Shown piece after piece: positions 38,640 to 52,482 of a DNA stretch of 64,000 nucleotides. Location: assembly GCA_026770705.1 (NCBI GenBank), contig JANJGN010000015.1, positions 80,414,001 through 80,478,000 of the forward strand. Reading direction: 5' to 3'. Positions within the stretch are counted from its first letter, which is position 1. The number at the start of each line of letters is the position of its first letter. The notes below the pieces were generated by a model. The model worked only from the letters and a program-made list of their open reading frames with translations. It was not told where the DNA came from and did no database searches. Both the position numbers and the translations under genes were made by a program. The stretch is from Isurus oxyrinchus. Lineage: Eukaryota.

Positions 38640-40410
38640 AGATTTGTTGCCAAAGATAATTGTCTCACACTCATCAGGACAAACACAAGAATGTCAAATA
38701 TCAAAGGATTACAGAAGAAAAGGATGCTGATGAATTGGCAAGTTGTCTCTGAATGGATGAGGTGTTGCCGTGGAGAAAGCAAAGGGGAGCTATAGGCTGC
38801 CCAAGCTCCCAGATAATTCAAAGAAGGAGCGAGGCTTGAACATATTCCTTTTGTTTGCACAGAATGGGTCCTTGAGTGTAAATGCATGTCACTTCTAGCA
38901 AGCATAAATGAGCCATGTTATGAGCTCAACTGGTTAGTTTAAATTGGTGTTAGTGTAGCTATTAGCGCACGCGGGATTGTTCAGTCAGTGCTGCCCAATC
39001 ACCGAATCACATCTAACAAGTAGACATTTTGCTTTGTGTTTTGCAATCGCGGCTAGTTGAATACAGTCTGTACTCTGCCTGTTACAAACAACCGAAGGAA
39101 CGTGCTGTTTGATTTAATCAGCCAATCGCTGGGTCGTACAGCTTACGTACCTGGCATCGCACCAGGACTTGAAATTCATACACAATGTTATTCAACTGTG
39201 TAGTATGCAGAACGTCTTTTTGGACTAATGGTGTCATTCTGTTAGTGGAAAACACCATTTGCATTGCCACTGCATTGCAGCAGCATGAAGCGATTTGCTT
39301 AACCTGTTGTTCAAATTTTTGAGGTACTTTGCCTTTCCAGGGTAATCTGAGGTTGACCGGGTACTTTTCAAGTCTGAAAATGTATTAGTTGAAAAATTCA
39401 TTAATGTATTCATATACTATCTGCCACAAGCCTACCCTCACCAGTCAATATACATGTTTGGATTTGAATAGTTCCATGACTATTAGATTGGCCTTATTAG
39501 CAATCCCGTAGAGAGGGCCCTAGCCATTTGCTAAACTTACAAATTTGAAACAGAAATTGAACGCATCAAAGCTATCCTGCAGGACAATGGCTATCCTGAT
39601 CAGATCATTGTTCACGGTGTATCATGCAAATTCGCTAATGGGCCAAAGGCTGCCACTTTCTGATCTAAAAAGTACCCGGTCTACTTCAAATTACCCTGGA
39701 AAGGCAAAATAGCTCAAAAATTTGGACAGCAAGTTAAGCAAGCCATTTTACACTGCCACTATGCAGTGACTACATAAGTGGCATTTTCCACTAACAGGAT
39801 GCTGTCATCAGTCCAAAATGATGACCTATGCACCACACAATTGAGCAATGTTGTGTATAAGTGTCAATGCCAGTGCGATGCCAGGTACATTGGCCATATG
39901 ACCCAGTGATTGGCTGACTGAATCAAACTTCATGTTGCCTCAGTTGCTCGGAATAGACAGAGCTTACTCAACCAACCCACGCATGCAAAACCCAAAACAA
40001 AACGTCTACTGTTAGATGCGATTCTACGATTGTTGAACAATCCTAAATGCCTTAATAATTAAACTAAAAACCAATACAGGAAAATTGGCTGAGTTCTTAA
40101 AGTGGTTCATTTACACTTGCTAGAAGTGACAAACATTCACACACAGGGACCCATTCTCTGCAAACAAAAGGAATACGTTCAAGCCTTGGGCCTTTTTTGA
40201 ATTACCTGGGAGCATGGAGAGACTATAGTTTACTGTTCTGTTCGCCATGGCAATGCCTCGGCCAATCAGAATCAACTTACCAACCAATCAGCACCCTTTT
40301 CTCTTGTGGTATAAATTGTTGTGATCATTTGAAATTTGGCATTCTTGTGTTTGTTCCAATGAGTGCAAGATGAAAACGTTCAGCAACATGTTGATCTTTC
40401 CAGCATTATT
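38640..40410. mobile_element. Second Penelope family: two decayed GIY-YIG+pLTR 3' ends in inverted orientation
   Basis: Plus 39840-39930 reads SNVVYKCQCQCDARYIGH.TQ. The minus copy at about 39120-39200 is homologous. The pLTR hammerhead-like motif is CTGATGAG at about 38670 (minus) and aatgagtgcaagatGAAA at about 40360. Confidence 0.8.
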
Positions 40411-41699
40411 CAAACACCACCTTACCAAGAATGCTATTTTCTTGAGCTGCTTCACAGAGCGAATCCCTGCTAGGTAAAACTGGGGAACACTTGTCCAAAC
40501 CGTTACAACAGAAAAGCTGAAAAAGGCAACACAGCAGAAATAATGGACATCTGACAGTCAGCATTCAGCTGAGATACATAGATAACACCAGCTAATTCAG
40601 AAATAAATGAGCAGGCTGCTGCGTATTAATAAAGAGATCTTACAAGGACCCAAGAATTTACTTAGTTGTGATGGGCTAGGTAAGTATGCAGAAAGCTTTG
40701 TTGACAATTAAAGCATGGAGTGGTGTTGTTGGGAGGGGTGGGTTGGAAGGGTGATGGCAGGAATGGAAAAATTGCTTTGCCTCTGAAAATCTAATCAAAA
40801 ACACATGTCTTGTTGGTGAATATTACCGCAGCACTGCCACTGATTAGAGACAATGATCGTATTTTCCAGAGAGCATTTACTGAGCTTCATGGGAAGAAAT
40901 GAGAAACAGGAATTGAAAGGATGATAGATTAAAAGCAGCAAAGAATGTTAATAGATTTTCCACTGGTTTTGGACAAAACAATTTCATTGCCCGAGATCTT
41001 CAGAGGGTCAAGTTCATTTGCTTGGCCAACACGATCTGATTTGTCTTATTCTTCAATATTAAACCTGTTGCACTTCAGCTGCTCATCAAAGAGAACTATG
41101 ACCCTATAAGGGATGAGGGTCAGCAGGGAGACAACAGCTATTCTCTGTGTGTTTCTGAAGTTTCTCTGAATAGGTCCCAATGGAGCAGGATGCTTTAGTT
41201 AATGGTCAGTCACACCAACTCCTGATTAGATTCAACCATTCATCTGATAATCCTAAACCGCTGGATTTGAGAGTGTGCAGTAAGCTTTCTCTATGCTTTT
41301 AAATATGATGCAGGGGGTGAGATCAGGGAGAAAACCTGGATCATTAGTACTTATTCCAAAAGTCAATTTTACCCAGTTTCTAATATCACATCAAATGAAC
41401 AATGTTGAAGATTTAATCAATACCCAAAAACCTGCTCCACAGAATTGAGATTTTCCACCCACTGAGAAAAAAATCCTTCATGTTCTTAATTCAGAAATTC
41501 CTTTATCTTATTTGTTAGAAAGAGAAACAAGTTTCAGACATGTCACAATTTGAAGACAACACTGAACCTGTTGAATTCTGCTGTTGGTCAGCTTCATCCT
41601 TGAAATATGTTCTTTTAAGCAATTTCACACATGCTTCGTTTGCATAGCAAAAGGATGTGAGGAGCATTGTCACTCAGTTTGATGTTGTCTTTTCAATGA

Positions 41700-42370
41700 A
41701 GTATAATGCCACACCAATCGGCCCATCAGACCTCCATCAGCTCTTTCATAATGCTATTCAATTAATCACATTAATCTTCAAGTATACATCTAATTCTCTT
41801 TTAAAAATTAATATAGAATTTGCTTCCACCACCCTTTCAGGCAGTGCATTCCACTCCAACACAACTCAGTGTGTAAAAAATGTGGTGCCCAGAATTGAAT
41901 GCACAACTTCAAATGAGGCCTAACCAGTATTTTATAAAAGATTAGGGCAGCTTCCTTCCTTCTGTACTCTATTTCCACACAATAAGAGCCAACGATCCCA
42001 TATTGATTTCCCAGCAGGGTCCTCAGTTGTCTGGCCACATTCAAAGATTTGTGTACAAGCACACCCAGATCTCTCTGTTTCTGGACCCATTCTAAAATCG
42101 TACCATTTATTTTATCTTACTATATTATCATTTATTTTATCATTCTTCCTACCAAAATACATCAATTCACACTTCTCTGAGTTACATACGGTTGACAGGT
42201 CTAATGGTCTCCTTCTGTGCTGTTATGACTCTACCTGCACATGTCTGCCCATTTCACCAATCTATATCCTCCTGAAGCTTGCCTCACTGTTTAATATGTT
42301 TCCAAGTTTCGTGTCAATCTAAACATGTTTAAATTATGCCTTGAACGCCCAGGTTGAGGCCATTAATCCA
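41700..42370 (-). mobile_element. CR1 3' fragment, decayed
   Basis: ORF 41808-42062 contains YKILVRPHLKLCIQFWAPHF. Confidence 0.75.
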
Positions 42371-43712
42371 TATTAAAATATATATGACAGACTTGACAGG
42401 TCATCTAGAACTAAATTTAATCCAGTGTCTTGGATAATTCCCTTATCTTGTGAAACTGGATCACAATACGTACTGAAAACCAAATGGAGAAATAATGCTT
42501 TAGTCTCAGCTTGTTCTTCAGACAATAGCAATCCAGAACATCCTGTCTGATTATGACAGTTACCCTTTCATTATGTTATGATCCTCTTGTTAATGTTAAA
42601 AAAAGAAATCCAAACACCCCACCAATTAAACAACTGAACTATGCCACATGGTTACACATTTTTCAACAAAAATAAACTTTACTGTATATCAAAAAGAAGT
42701 AAACAAAGTAATATTAACTTAACACTTTAGTTTGCAACTACATATATTATGAACTGAGTTTTACTTTTTAACTCCAACCAAGAGTTCTCTTATGTTACAA
42801 AACTTGAAGGTTCATTCACCTTTCTTGGGACCAACCCAAAGGTATGTCTTAGCCCTCCAGTACTCATTTTAATTCGTAATATTCCAGCTATTCCTCAAGG
42901 TACAAATTTCATTCTTCATCTCATTTTTGGCTAAGCAAAATTCCAATGTTTTTGAAGTCTCTTGTGCTGGACTCTTCAGTTCCTTATCCTGGCATTGGAC
43001 ATAGACGGACTGCCTTTTCCCAATCCACTCCCACTGCTTCCACACAACTCTTTCCAAGCTAAATATTCAAGCTGACTGCTTTCTGCCACAAGGCTCTGTG
43101 AGGACCACTGTAGATTTCTTTCATTAGCTATAAACTGGAGCAAATCCTCCAAATGGGTTTTCGTCATGAAGCCAAAACTGAACTATTTGCTTTCTGTCAG
43201 CAAACCATAAATTAAACAAAAAAAACTTCTAGCCAAGGCTTCACCCTGAATCACCATGGCAATGGGCCATGCTTTGGTTTGATTCAAATAGAAATGCAAA
43301 CAAATTATTTTACCTTCAACACAACTCTTTGAGTCTGCAACCCATAGGAATAATTTATATTTCTACTGCATGTAATTGACTCTCTCCAGGCTCCTGTGTT
43401 CCATTATAAGCTTAGAGCTGGATCATTTCTTATTTAAGCTTTTTCACTATCACCTCTAGCCTTGAAAGATAAACACGTGTTTAAGTTTAATAAACTCAAA
43501 CTTGTTTGAGTTGCATTTACATCAAAGTATTTGTTTACTAGTTTCTCAACTGGAAGTCCCCATTTTGTACAGTTGCAACTGTTTCCGACAATAATCTATA
43601 GATGTTGGGGGGAGGGGCTGCCACCCTGCCGTATTTACTGAGGGTGGGAACAATGGCAGGAGACAACTGAAATAGGCAGGTACTTCAGCTCAAAGAACAC
43701 CTTTGACACCTA

Positions 43713-44233
43713 AGGCAGGATTTTCGGGTCGTCGGGCAGGCGTGGTAGATGGACCCGGGAGTGGTCGGGAAACGGGCGGCTGCCTGCAATCGGCCGCCAT
43801 CCACAATTTCAGGCGCCCCGAAAGGCCCAGCACTACCAGGGTGGGGGCAGTGCGCAATGAAAGCTTCCTGAAGGCAGAGAGCTGCCTCAGAGAGCTGAAG
43901 AATTTTAAAGCCAAGAATAAACATTATGAAATTCTGAAAAAAAATTCCACCATAAGAATCGCTCATCTAAACATATTAATGATAAAAATTCTCCCCAAAC
44001 ATTTTTTGTTTTTTTACATTAATATCGGAAATCTCATCCCACCCTTGGAAGAGGTTTCCTCAAAAATCCAAAGGCCGCTCTTAATTAATACATTGATGGC
44101 CTTAATAGGTCTCTTCATTGTCAACAGGCACACTGCCAACTCTCGCATGTGCCCACTGCCCAAAATATTGTGCATTACTTCACGCTTGGGCATGTCAGGT
44201 ACACGCCCGTATGCCAAGTGAAAAATCCTGCCC
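43713..44233 (-). mobile_element. Harbinger-type MITE (16565 family)
   Basis: TIRs aggcaggatttt / aaaatcctgccc with flanks cta/ctg. Confidence 0.8.
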
Positions 44234-47200
44234 CTGGGATTGCTAGGCAACAGTGAATATCCTGGAGACTATGGAAAGGATAGAGTCATACAAAAGGAAA
44301 TGGAACCATGCCTTAATTATTTTCTCCCCTTTTATTCTACCAGCACTTAAATTCTCATTAGTCTTAGGGCCAATGAATGTCAATTATTTATTTATGAACT
44401 GCACCATCTGTAGATTTCCCTAATCTAACAGGTTTGGCTAAAGAACACCATCTACAGAGAGCTACCTGGCAGGTTGATGCTCCATACACCCTCAAAAGTG
44501 ATTACCTAGCTGCATCTGTAGACAGTGATGACTTAACTCACCCTGGACAATAAACAGTCCTGGAGAAAGTTCTTCCTTCCAAAGGAGGAGACAGGAGCAG
44601 AGCCCCAGGAGCGTGGCTGGGTTCTGTGGGTTCCTGCAGAAACGGCTGCCTCCTTAGAAGGTCCCCAATCACAGATTTAGTGAGATAGAAGAATTGCCTG
44701 GGTGGCCAAGCTCCAGCATTGCATGATTGGTCACACTTGCCAAGATCCCACCAACCATTGCTGCAGGCATTGGCACTCCAAACTAGCAGTAGACATGAAG
44801 AATGGTCTTTTCAGGGCCAGGGTCAGCAGCAAGGTAGGTGTAGAACTGTGGCATCAGCTGTAAAGAAGTCAATGGTGACCATGTGCCAAAGGGGCAGGCA
44901 AATGGTCAGCAGGACATGAAACTTGGCTCCTCTTACTTGCAGGCATGTTGCCATGCCAACTATTGGGGATTGGACTGTGCAATGGGCCAAGAACATATTT
45001 TTATATGATGCCATTGATGTGGTACAACATCCAAGTTCTTAATGAGCGAGCATCCACCTCAGACAGTACACCCTCCACTTCAGCAATCAGGAAAGCCAGA
45101 AACTGTGGGTGAGTTAAATGTTAGATTAGCCTGTCTCTGGATTGCAGGCTCACAACAATCCTGTGAGTTTCCTTTCCCTTCCCTCGTTCCTGTCTCTTAA
45201 CCCCTCCATCCACAGCAAAGGCTGCTAATGGAATACAATCTGATGCTTTTTCCAAAGGCTTCAGAATGTTTGCCTACCATTACAATAATTTCCTCTTTAA
45301 TTTTGCCCGTTGCGTTAAAGTAGATTGTTACAATCTCCATAGAGGCTGATAACTTTTTTTAAAAATTCAAACTTCCAGGTAATAGCTGAAAGAATGACAT
45401 ATCATGATTTCACATTTTAGACATTTACTGCAACCAGTAGTTGAAAACACTTATAACTAAGCACTATCATTGTAGGAAATTTATACTTTAAGTCACAGAA
45501 TGGAATACTCCATTTCTTATTGTTAACCCAACTGAAAAAACACACTTCCCAGGTGCACATTGTCCTTTAGTAGACAATTTTCCCAGAATCAATCCAAAGT
45601 GATTCTTAGCTCCTGAGGGTTCATTCCTGCTCTTTATTTTTCACAGTCTGGTAACTTGCAATCTTAGAACTGTCTTTCACAGTGAGATTTTCTTTTCCCA
45701 GAGACTTACCCTCTAGCGCAAGCTAGGTGACCTTTCCAGCCTCATTTTAGCTTTCCATGAATTTGGTCTTTTCAATCCAAGTGCGAGCTCCCAGCCACAT
45801 TCCTGTGCGGTGAACCATAGAGGTTTTTTGGTTTCTAACTGCTCCCTCGCTCCCAGATCCAGGCAGACTAAATACACCACGTGTGATATTCAGTGATATT
45901 CTAGCATTGTGAATCACATAGGCCTTGTATCTAGGTAGAAATGCTAATTAGAATATCCTTGAGAGACCAATTCTCTTTCATCTTGGAATTAAATGGACCA
46001 TTTAAAGCACAACTGTTTACAGCCCAATATTCTCAATACTTTTCTGGGACTTTGGGAACACACAGTCTCCACTGTTCACGCACAGGCTGCTGCCATTGTC
46101 TTCAAGCATAAATAACTGGCACCTTGCTCCCAGTAAAACAATCTAAGCTTTCCTTTGATTTCTGACCAATTGATCCCAGGTTTATTGCCTGGTAGACTTC
46201 AGAACATGTCACATGACCCCCTTATTTTATCTTAAATTTAAAGACATGGAGTGGAATTTTCCATGCCCACTGGCGTCGGGCATACTTGGCAGCATGAGTG
46301 GACATATGGTGAGAAGACCAAAAATCAGACGTGAAACCAGTTTGCAATCATCCGCTCAGCCCATAGTTGGTAGGCCGTGTTTCTCACAATTGGATCTCAG
46401 GAACCTCATTATAATATTATAATCTGCATATTGTTACAAGGCTAGCTCGCCGGACTCATTCCCCCATGCTGGATCATGAGCTCACGTCGGCGTTCACAAC
46501 AATCTTTACTTCAGAGCATATTAGGACAGTTCATCCACACAGAATTGGGCATAGCATAATTTTAATGTTAGAATTTCTGGTAGCAGCTCAGCTTTAACAT
46601 CAGTTAGCTTTGATACACCTTTGGGCACATGGTTGCGCATTTCAAATCTCTTGCGTAATTATTAAAGGTCAGTATTAAAGCTGAAGCACAGTGCAGTCAG
46701 GGAAATTCCCCGTGGAAATGTGAATATAGAGTATGTTATTTGGTATTTCATTCTTCATTCAGAGTCAGTAGTGCAGTGATTGAGGTTCAACTGACAACCT
46801 CAGCTCCTGTGACCCCTCGCACCAGTATTAGCTTTCAGGCAGAACAAGTAAAATAAGACTCCAATTAAAACTCCAGTGTGTCACTTTGTCAACAGTCAAT
46901 TATTCTGGTGCAGTGACATTGGCACAATAAACTTGCACTGGTTTAATAGTAGGTCTGTTCAAAAATAACACTGACATGAAATTAATGTCACAGGACAAAG
47001 TGAACGCAAGGAAATTTAAAGACTTAAAAATATATCCTAGTATTGTAAAAGAGATGTGGTGACAGGATTTGTCATAGTCTAATGCTCTTCATTCTGACAG
47101 ACTGCTCTGAAATGTTAATTTTGCAGCCTCGTACAGAGGCTGGGAATTCTGTGACCAAGCGGGGGTTGTTTGCCTTGGAGCAAAGGAAATTGAGGTGTTA

Positions 47201-48234
47201 CAAACTGAGGGGGTTTAATTTAAATAGTCTTGATTTCTCCTCTTGCCACCCAATTGTAAACAGAACGGTGTTTTGATTGGCTTCCCCCTTTGTAAGCTGT
47301 GGCGCATTTCTCAGTTTTGTTGTGATCCTATTTCTATTTATAACCTCACGGCAAACTCGAAAAAGGATGAACTCAAAGGGCTAGTTCATTTGCACACACT
47401 CAAAACATGGCGGGAGAGTCACCACATATAGTAAAGAGGGATAGAGAAAGAAAAAAATTACAGAGCAAAGACTATAGAGAGAAGAAATATTGTTTCACAT
47501 GAGTCCAGAATCCAGAATCAAAGTCCAAAGAGATATTCCTTCACAGAGGTCTGCAGGTTAAAAACTGATGCTGTATGATGCACTTTTTCAGTGGGGTTCA
47601 CTTTACATGATGAGATAGGCACTCAGAGAAGGATCAGTCTTGTAGGCAATGGTACAGAAGTTCCAGCAGAAACAATGTGGATGGGGCCAGGTACTCAAAC
47701 TGGGCAGAGCCCTTTTCTGTGCTGCTGCTAGATAGGTGAAAAAACGGCAGACTGAGGGCTTTTTCAGTACAGCAAAGCAATATTACAGGTTACACAAGCT
47801 AGATGATTCCATGTCACATGACCCCCACCCTTTCATAGCATCTTTGACAAAAGGTGTATATCCCCCATCTGGGTTCCTGAGACAGTTAAATGCTCCACCC
47901 ATTAAGACTTGAAAGGAAGGCTTTTCTTAGCTGATGGATAGGCTCCAGTTGGCCAGGCCTAGCTTATGAAATGCATATATATAGTTCTCTTTGAATTTGG
48001 TCTCTGCAGCCCATAGAAGTCATTTGTTTCTTTTCAGAGATAACAAAGCGCATGTTTCTGTGAACCCGCCATGGTAGCTCCAGTTGTTCAGGGTCACAGA
48101 CACACATTGCTTCAGCTATTTTAAAAGGGTATTTGTCCAGCTTTAGAAATTTTAGAAATTAGCCATGAAGATATCTATATATATGTTTTCTAAAAATATA
48201 GAGTGTGAGACTTAGTACCCTGACAGAGTAGAGA

Positions 48235-48565
48235 TTCGATAAAGGTTGTTTCCATTAGTTCATGGTACAAAGACAAGTGGACACAGATTGAAGATTTTGC
48301 GCAAGAGATGCAGGGGGAATGTGAGGAAGCACTTTTTATGTAGCAAGTGGTAATGACCTGGAACTTGTGGCCCATGAGGGTGGTGGAAGCGGAGACAGTC
48401 AATGATTTCAAAACAAAACTGGATAGGCACTTGTAGGCACTTGAGGGAAATAAAATTGCAGAGCAGGGGAGAGAGCGGGCGGAATAGGACTGACTGGATT
48501 GCGCTACAAAGAGCTTGCATGGACTTGATGGGCTGAATGGCCTCCTTCTGTGCAGTAATGACTTT
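48235..48565 (+). mobile_element. CR1 3' UTR/terminal fragment
   Basis: ggacacagattgaag...gatgggctgaatggcctccttctgtgc, a typical CR1 3' end. Confidence 0.7.
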
Positions 48566-49249
48566 AGGGCTCAGGTTTTCGCCAAGTTGGGCTGACTTGG
48601 GAGCCCATTAAAAAGAGTGGGTTGGGATCTATCCCAAGATTCCCAAACGCATTCCCATTTCTAGCTACTTTTGCCAGCACAGGATAAGGGTGCAGCTAGT
48701 CCACCACACATAGTACTCCATTGCCAGGTGGGCAGCCCAACACACACTACAATTTTGTGCAGTCAGGCCCCTTTGGTTAGACTACATGGTTCATAGCATG
48801 TCCAGGGAGCCATGAACCATGGGGGGAACCACAATCCCAAGTGAGGAACCAAAAGCTAAACAGTCATCTGCTCCTGGAATTCTTTCATTGACAGGCTTTG
48901 AAACACAACAAAAAAAACTTTCTATTTCAAAAGTTCAAATCTGCATTAGATATTGGATGTGTTTTGATAGCAGTGATTGATTATAGGGCTCCATCCTGCA
49001 AAGATAAGTTGATCACTACATTCACAAGCATTGTGCAGGGTTGAGATGTGTTAGAATGCTTTTCCCAATGGAAAAAGTGCTCTTATGCATTTAAACCTGA
49101 AGAAAGCATTGCTTGGGAACGCTAAGAGTCGTCATCTGAAATTATTTAAATAGCCAGCTATTTAAAAGTGAAAATAACTTTCAGCAGCTTTCACTCAGAA
49201 AAAAAACATACACCTATTTCTAGAGTTCACTTATTGACAGGTGATCTGG

Positions 49250-52200
49250 TATGGCACCAGCCTCCTCTCATGTAAGATAATAGTTTGTGTTATGATAGTG
49301 AACTCTGTGTTCAGCATCACCTGGTGTAGCTTGACAGTCCCATTCTGGTATGGCATTTGCTGCAGAGAAAGACAGTAGGTTAAGAAGGTGGACAATTCAC
49401 TGTCCTCTGTTTTCTCTGGGCTGTCTTCTCTTCTCTGAGCTTCTGGTTTCTGCTCACCTCTTGCAATGCCCTTCCAAACAGTCAGCCTCCAGAGGACAGG
49501 GCCGTCAGCGACCGTCTCCCAGTTGTCAGTGTCAATGTCCACAATCTTCATATTTCACTTGGAGGTGTCCTTGAAGGAGGACACCCAGGAGACTGTGACC
49601 CAGCGGCCAGTTCACCAAACAGAAGGTCCTTGGGTACATGAGCATCTGATGAATGTAGCCAAACTAGCACAGACTTGGTTGGTTTAGCAATGAGTACATA
49701 ATTATGGAATTAGCACGATCCAGGACTTCTGAATTGGTGACCTTGTCATGACAAGAGATGCCGAGGATACGTCTGAGGCAGTGAAGGTGGAATCTATTCA
49801 GCCTTTTCTCCTGCCTAGCATTTGTTGTCCAGGTTTCAGCACTGTAGAAGAGTGTGCTGAGGACAGAGGCTTGATAAACTCGCAGTTTGGTGTTCTCAGT
49901 CAGGTTGCTGTTGCTCCACACTCTCTTACTAAGAGTGGACATAACAGCTGCAGCTTTTGCAATCTGTGTGTTAATTTCACCATCAAGTGACAGATTGCTG
50001 GTGATTGTGGAGCCTAGATATGTGAAGCTATCAACAACCTCCAGGGTCATATTGCAATGCTGATTGATGGTGCTGTGGCAACATCCTGAACCATGACATT
50101 TGTCTACTTGATGCTGATGGTCAAACCAAACTCTATACAGGTGTGAGAAAGCAGGTCCAACTGCCCCTGAAAGTGTTCCTCGGTGTGGATTGTTAATGCG
50201 ACATCATCAGCATAGAGCAACTCTCTGGTGAGGACTTGGCATATCCTTGCTTGGAGCTCTGGAGAGCAAGGCTGAACAGCTTTCCGTCAGTTTTCAATGT
50301 GAGTAGACACACTCTGTAGATGGCCTGAAGGCATATGAGAGCAGCAAAGAGAAAAATATGGCAACGACTATGTTGGTGTCATAACACAACCCTGTTTGAC
50401 CTCACTGAGGATCTCAAATGGTTCTGACGTTTCCCCCATCATAGCTGACTTTACCCATCATGTTGTCATGGAAGGAGAAATCACATTGAGCAGCGCCGGC
50501 GAGCAGCCAATTTTCTCCAGCAACATAAATCGATGGCCTCTGCTCACATGGCTGAGTGCATTGGTAAGATCAATGAAGGCGATATGGCAGTCTCCTTTGT
50601 TCATGGCATTTCTCTTGCAAATGCCAGACTGAGATGATCGTGTCAATCAGTCTGAAACTACGCTGGGATTTGGGATACATGAAGCAGATATTCTAGTTGA
50701 AGAGGAGGAGTGTGAAATATTAGACACAATAAGCATACTGAGAGAGGAAGTACTGGAGGGGCTGACATCCTTGAATGTGGATAAGTCACCAGGGCTGGAT
50801 GGAGCCCAGACTGTTAGAGGAAGCCATGGAGGAAATAATGGAGGCTCTGAGGATCATTTTCCAATCCTCACTAGATACAGGCAATATACCAGAGGATGGG
50901 AGGTCTGCAAACATCATACCATTATTTAAAAAGGGTGTGAGGGATAGACCAAATAATTATAGGCCGGTCAGTCTGACTTCTGTGGCAGACAAATTATTAG
51001 AATCAATTCTGAGGGACAGTATAAACTGTCACTTAGAAAGGTATGAATTAATCAGGGACAGTCAGCATGGTTTTAGGGGGAGGTCTTGTCTTACTAATTT
51101 AATCACATTTTTTGAGCAAATAACAAGGAGCAATGGATGTTGTCTACATGCATTTTGGTAAGGCATTTGACAAGGTGCCACATGGCAGACTGGTCAGGAA
51201 AGTAAAAGACTATGCGATACAGGGGAATGTGGTGAGTTGGGTCCAAAATTGACGTAGTAACAGGAAACAAGCGATAATGATTGATGCATACTTTTGCGAA
51301 CATCCACTGAATGTGTTGGGTCCCTTGCTGTTTGTTATATATGTTAATGACCTGGGCTTAAATGTAGGTGGCATGATTGGGGAATTTGCAGATGACACAA
51401 AAATTGGCCGTGTGGTTGAAAGTGATAAGGACACTTGTTGTCTCCAGAATTATATCAATGGTTTGGTTGAATGGGCAGAGAAGAGGCAGATGGAATTCAA
51501 TCCAAAGAAGTGTGAGGTAATGCATTTGGGGAGGGCAAACAAAGCTAGGGGATACACAATAAATTGGAGGATATTGGAGGGGAGCAGAGGAAGTGAAATA
51601 CCTCGGAGTGCATGTCCACAGGTGCCTAAGGTGACAGGACAGGTGGATAAGGTGGCAAAGAAAGCTTATGGAATGCTTTCTTTTATTGGATGAGGTGTAG
51701 AATACAAAAGCAGGGATATAATGATGGACCTGTATAAAATGCTGGTTAGGCCACAGCTGGAATTTTGTGTACAGTTCTCATCGCCATATTACAGGAAGGA
51801 CATAATTGCTCTGGAGACAGTACAGAGGAGATTTACAAGAATGTTGCCGGGGCTTGAAAATTGCGGCTATGAGGAAAGATTGGATAGGCTAGGGTTGTTT
51901 TCCTTGGAACTGAGGAGGCTAAGGGGTGACCTAATTGAGATGTACAAGATTGAGGGGTCTAAATAGAGCAGACAGGGATACTCTGTTTCCTCTAGTGGTG
52001 AGGTCAATTACCAGGGGGCACAGATTTAAGGTGATTGGTAGAAGAGTTAGAGGGGACATGAAGAAAAATTTCTTCAGTCATTGAGTGGCGGGTGTTTGGA
52101 ATTCACTGCTCGGCTTGGTGGTGGAGGCTGAAACAATCAACTCATTTAAAAGGTACCTGGATCTGCACCTGAAATTCTGTAACTTGCAAGACTGCGGACC

Positions 52201-52445
52201 AGGTGCTGGAAGATGGGATTAAAATGGGCAGCTAGTTTCTTTTCTTTATCAGTGGTGCAGACATGATGGGCCGAATTACTTCTTTCTGTGCTATAACTTT
52301 TCTTTGGTTCTGGACGTGTTCAGTGAAGATCTGCAGGCTTTTCCCACAATACTCAGCAGAGAGACACCCCGCTAGTTCTTGCAATCATTGCAGTCGCCCT
52401 TGTTCTTGTACAGGGTAACAATTTCTGCATCACTTATATTCCATG
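49250..52445 (-). mobile_element. RTE-clade LINE RT, split by a nested CR1
   Basis: ORF 49664-50050 has FTYLGS...YSAETWT..LRRIL. YADDVAL lies at about 50200 and FIDLT at about 50570. The element continues after the CR1 at about 52320-52445 (DAEIVTLYKNKGD...GVSLLSIVGK). Confidence 0.88.
50665..52312 (+). mobile_element. CR1 ORF2 RT and 3' end nested in RTE
   Basis: ORFs 50775-51161 (NYRPVSLTS, QHGF), 51277-51693 (FADDTKIG) and 51721-51966. Confidence 0.92.
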
Positions 52446-52482
52446 GAGTCCACTCTCCCTTCAGCACTCAAGGTAGAGCTCA

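Noticed and set aside
40601-40686. Strong plus-strand donor CTAG|gtaagt after a short ATG frame
   Set aside because: There is no good acceptor or promoter context, and the peptide is unrecognisable.
43703-44221. 172-aa ORF
   Set aside because: It coincides with a GC-rich MITE bounded by TIRs and has no transposase motifs.
45710-45868. Exon-like segment on minus with a strong gtaagt donor
   Set aside because: Stops occur in all three frames, and it lies in probable LTR-like repeat sequence.
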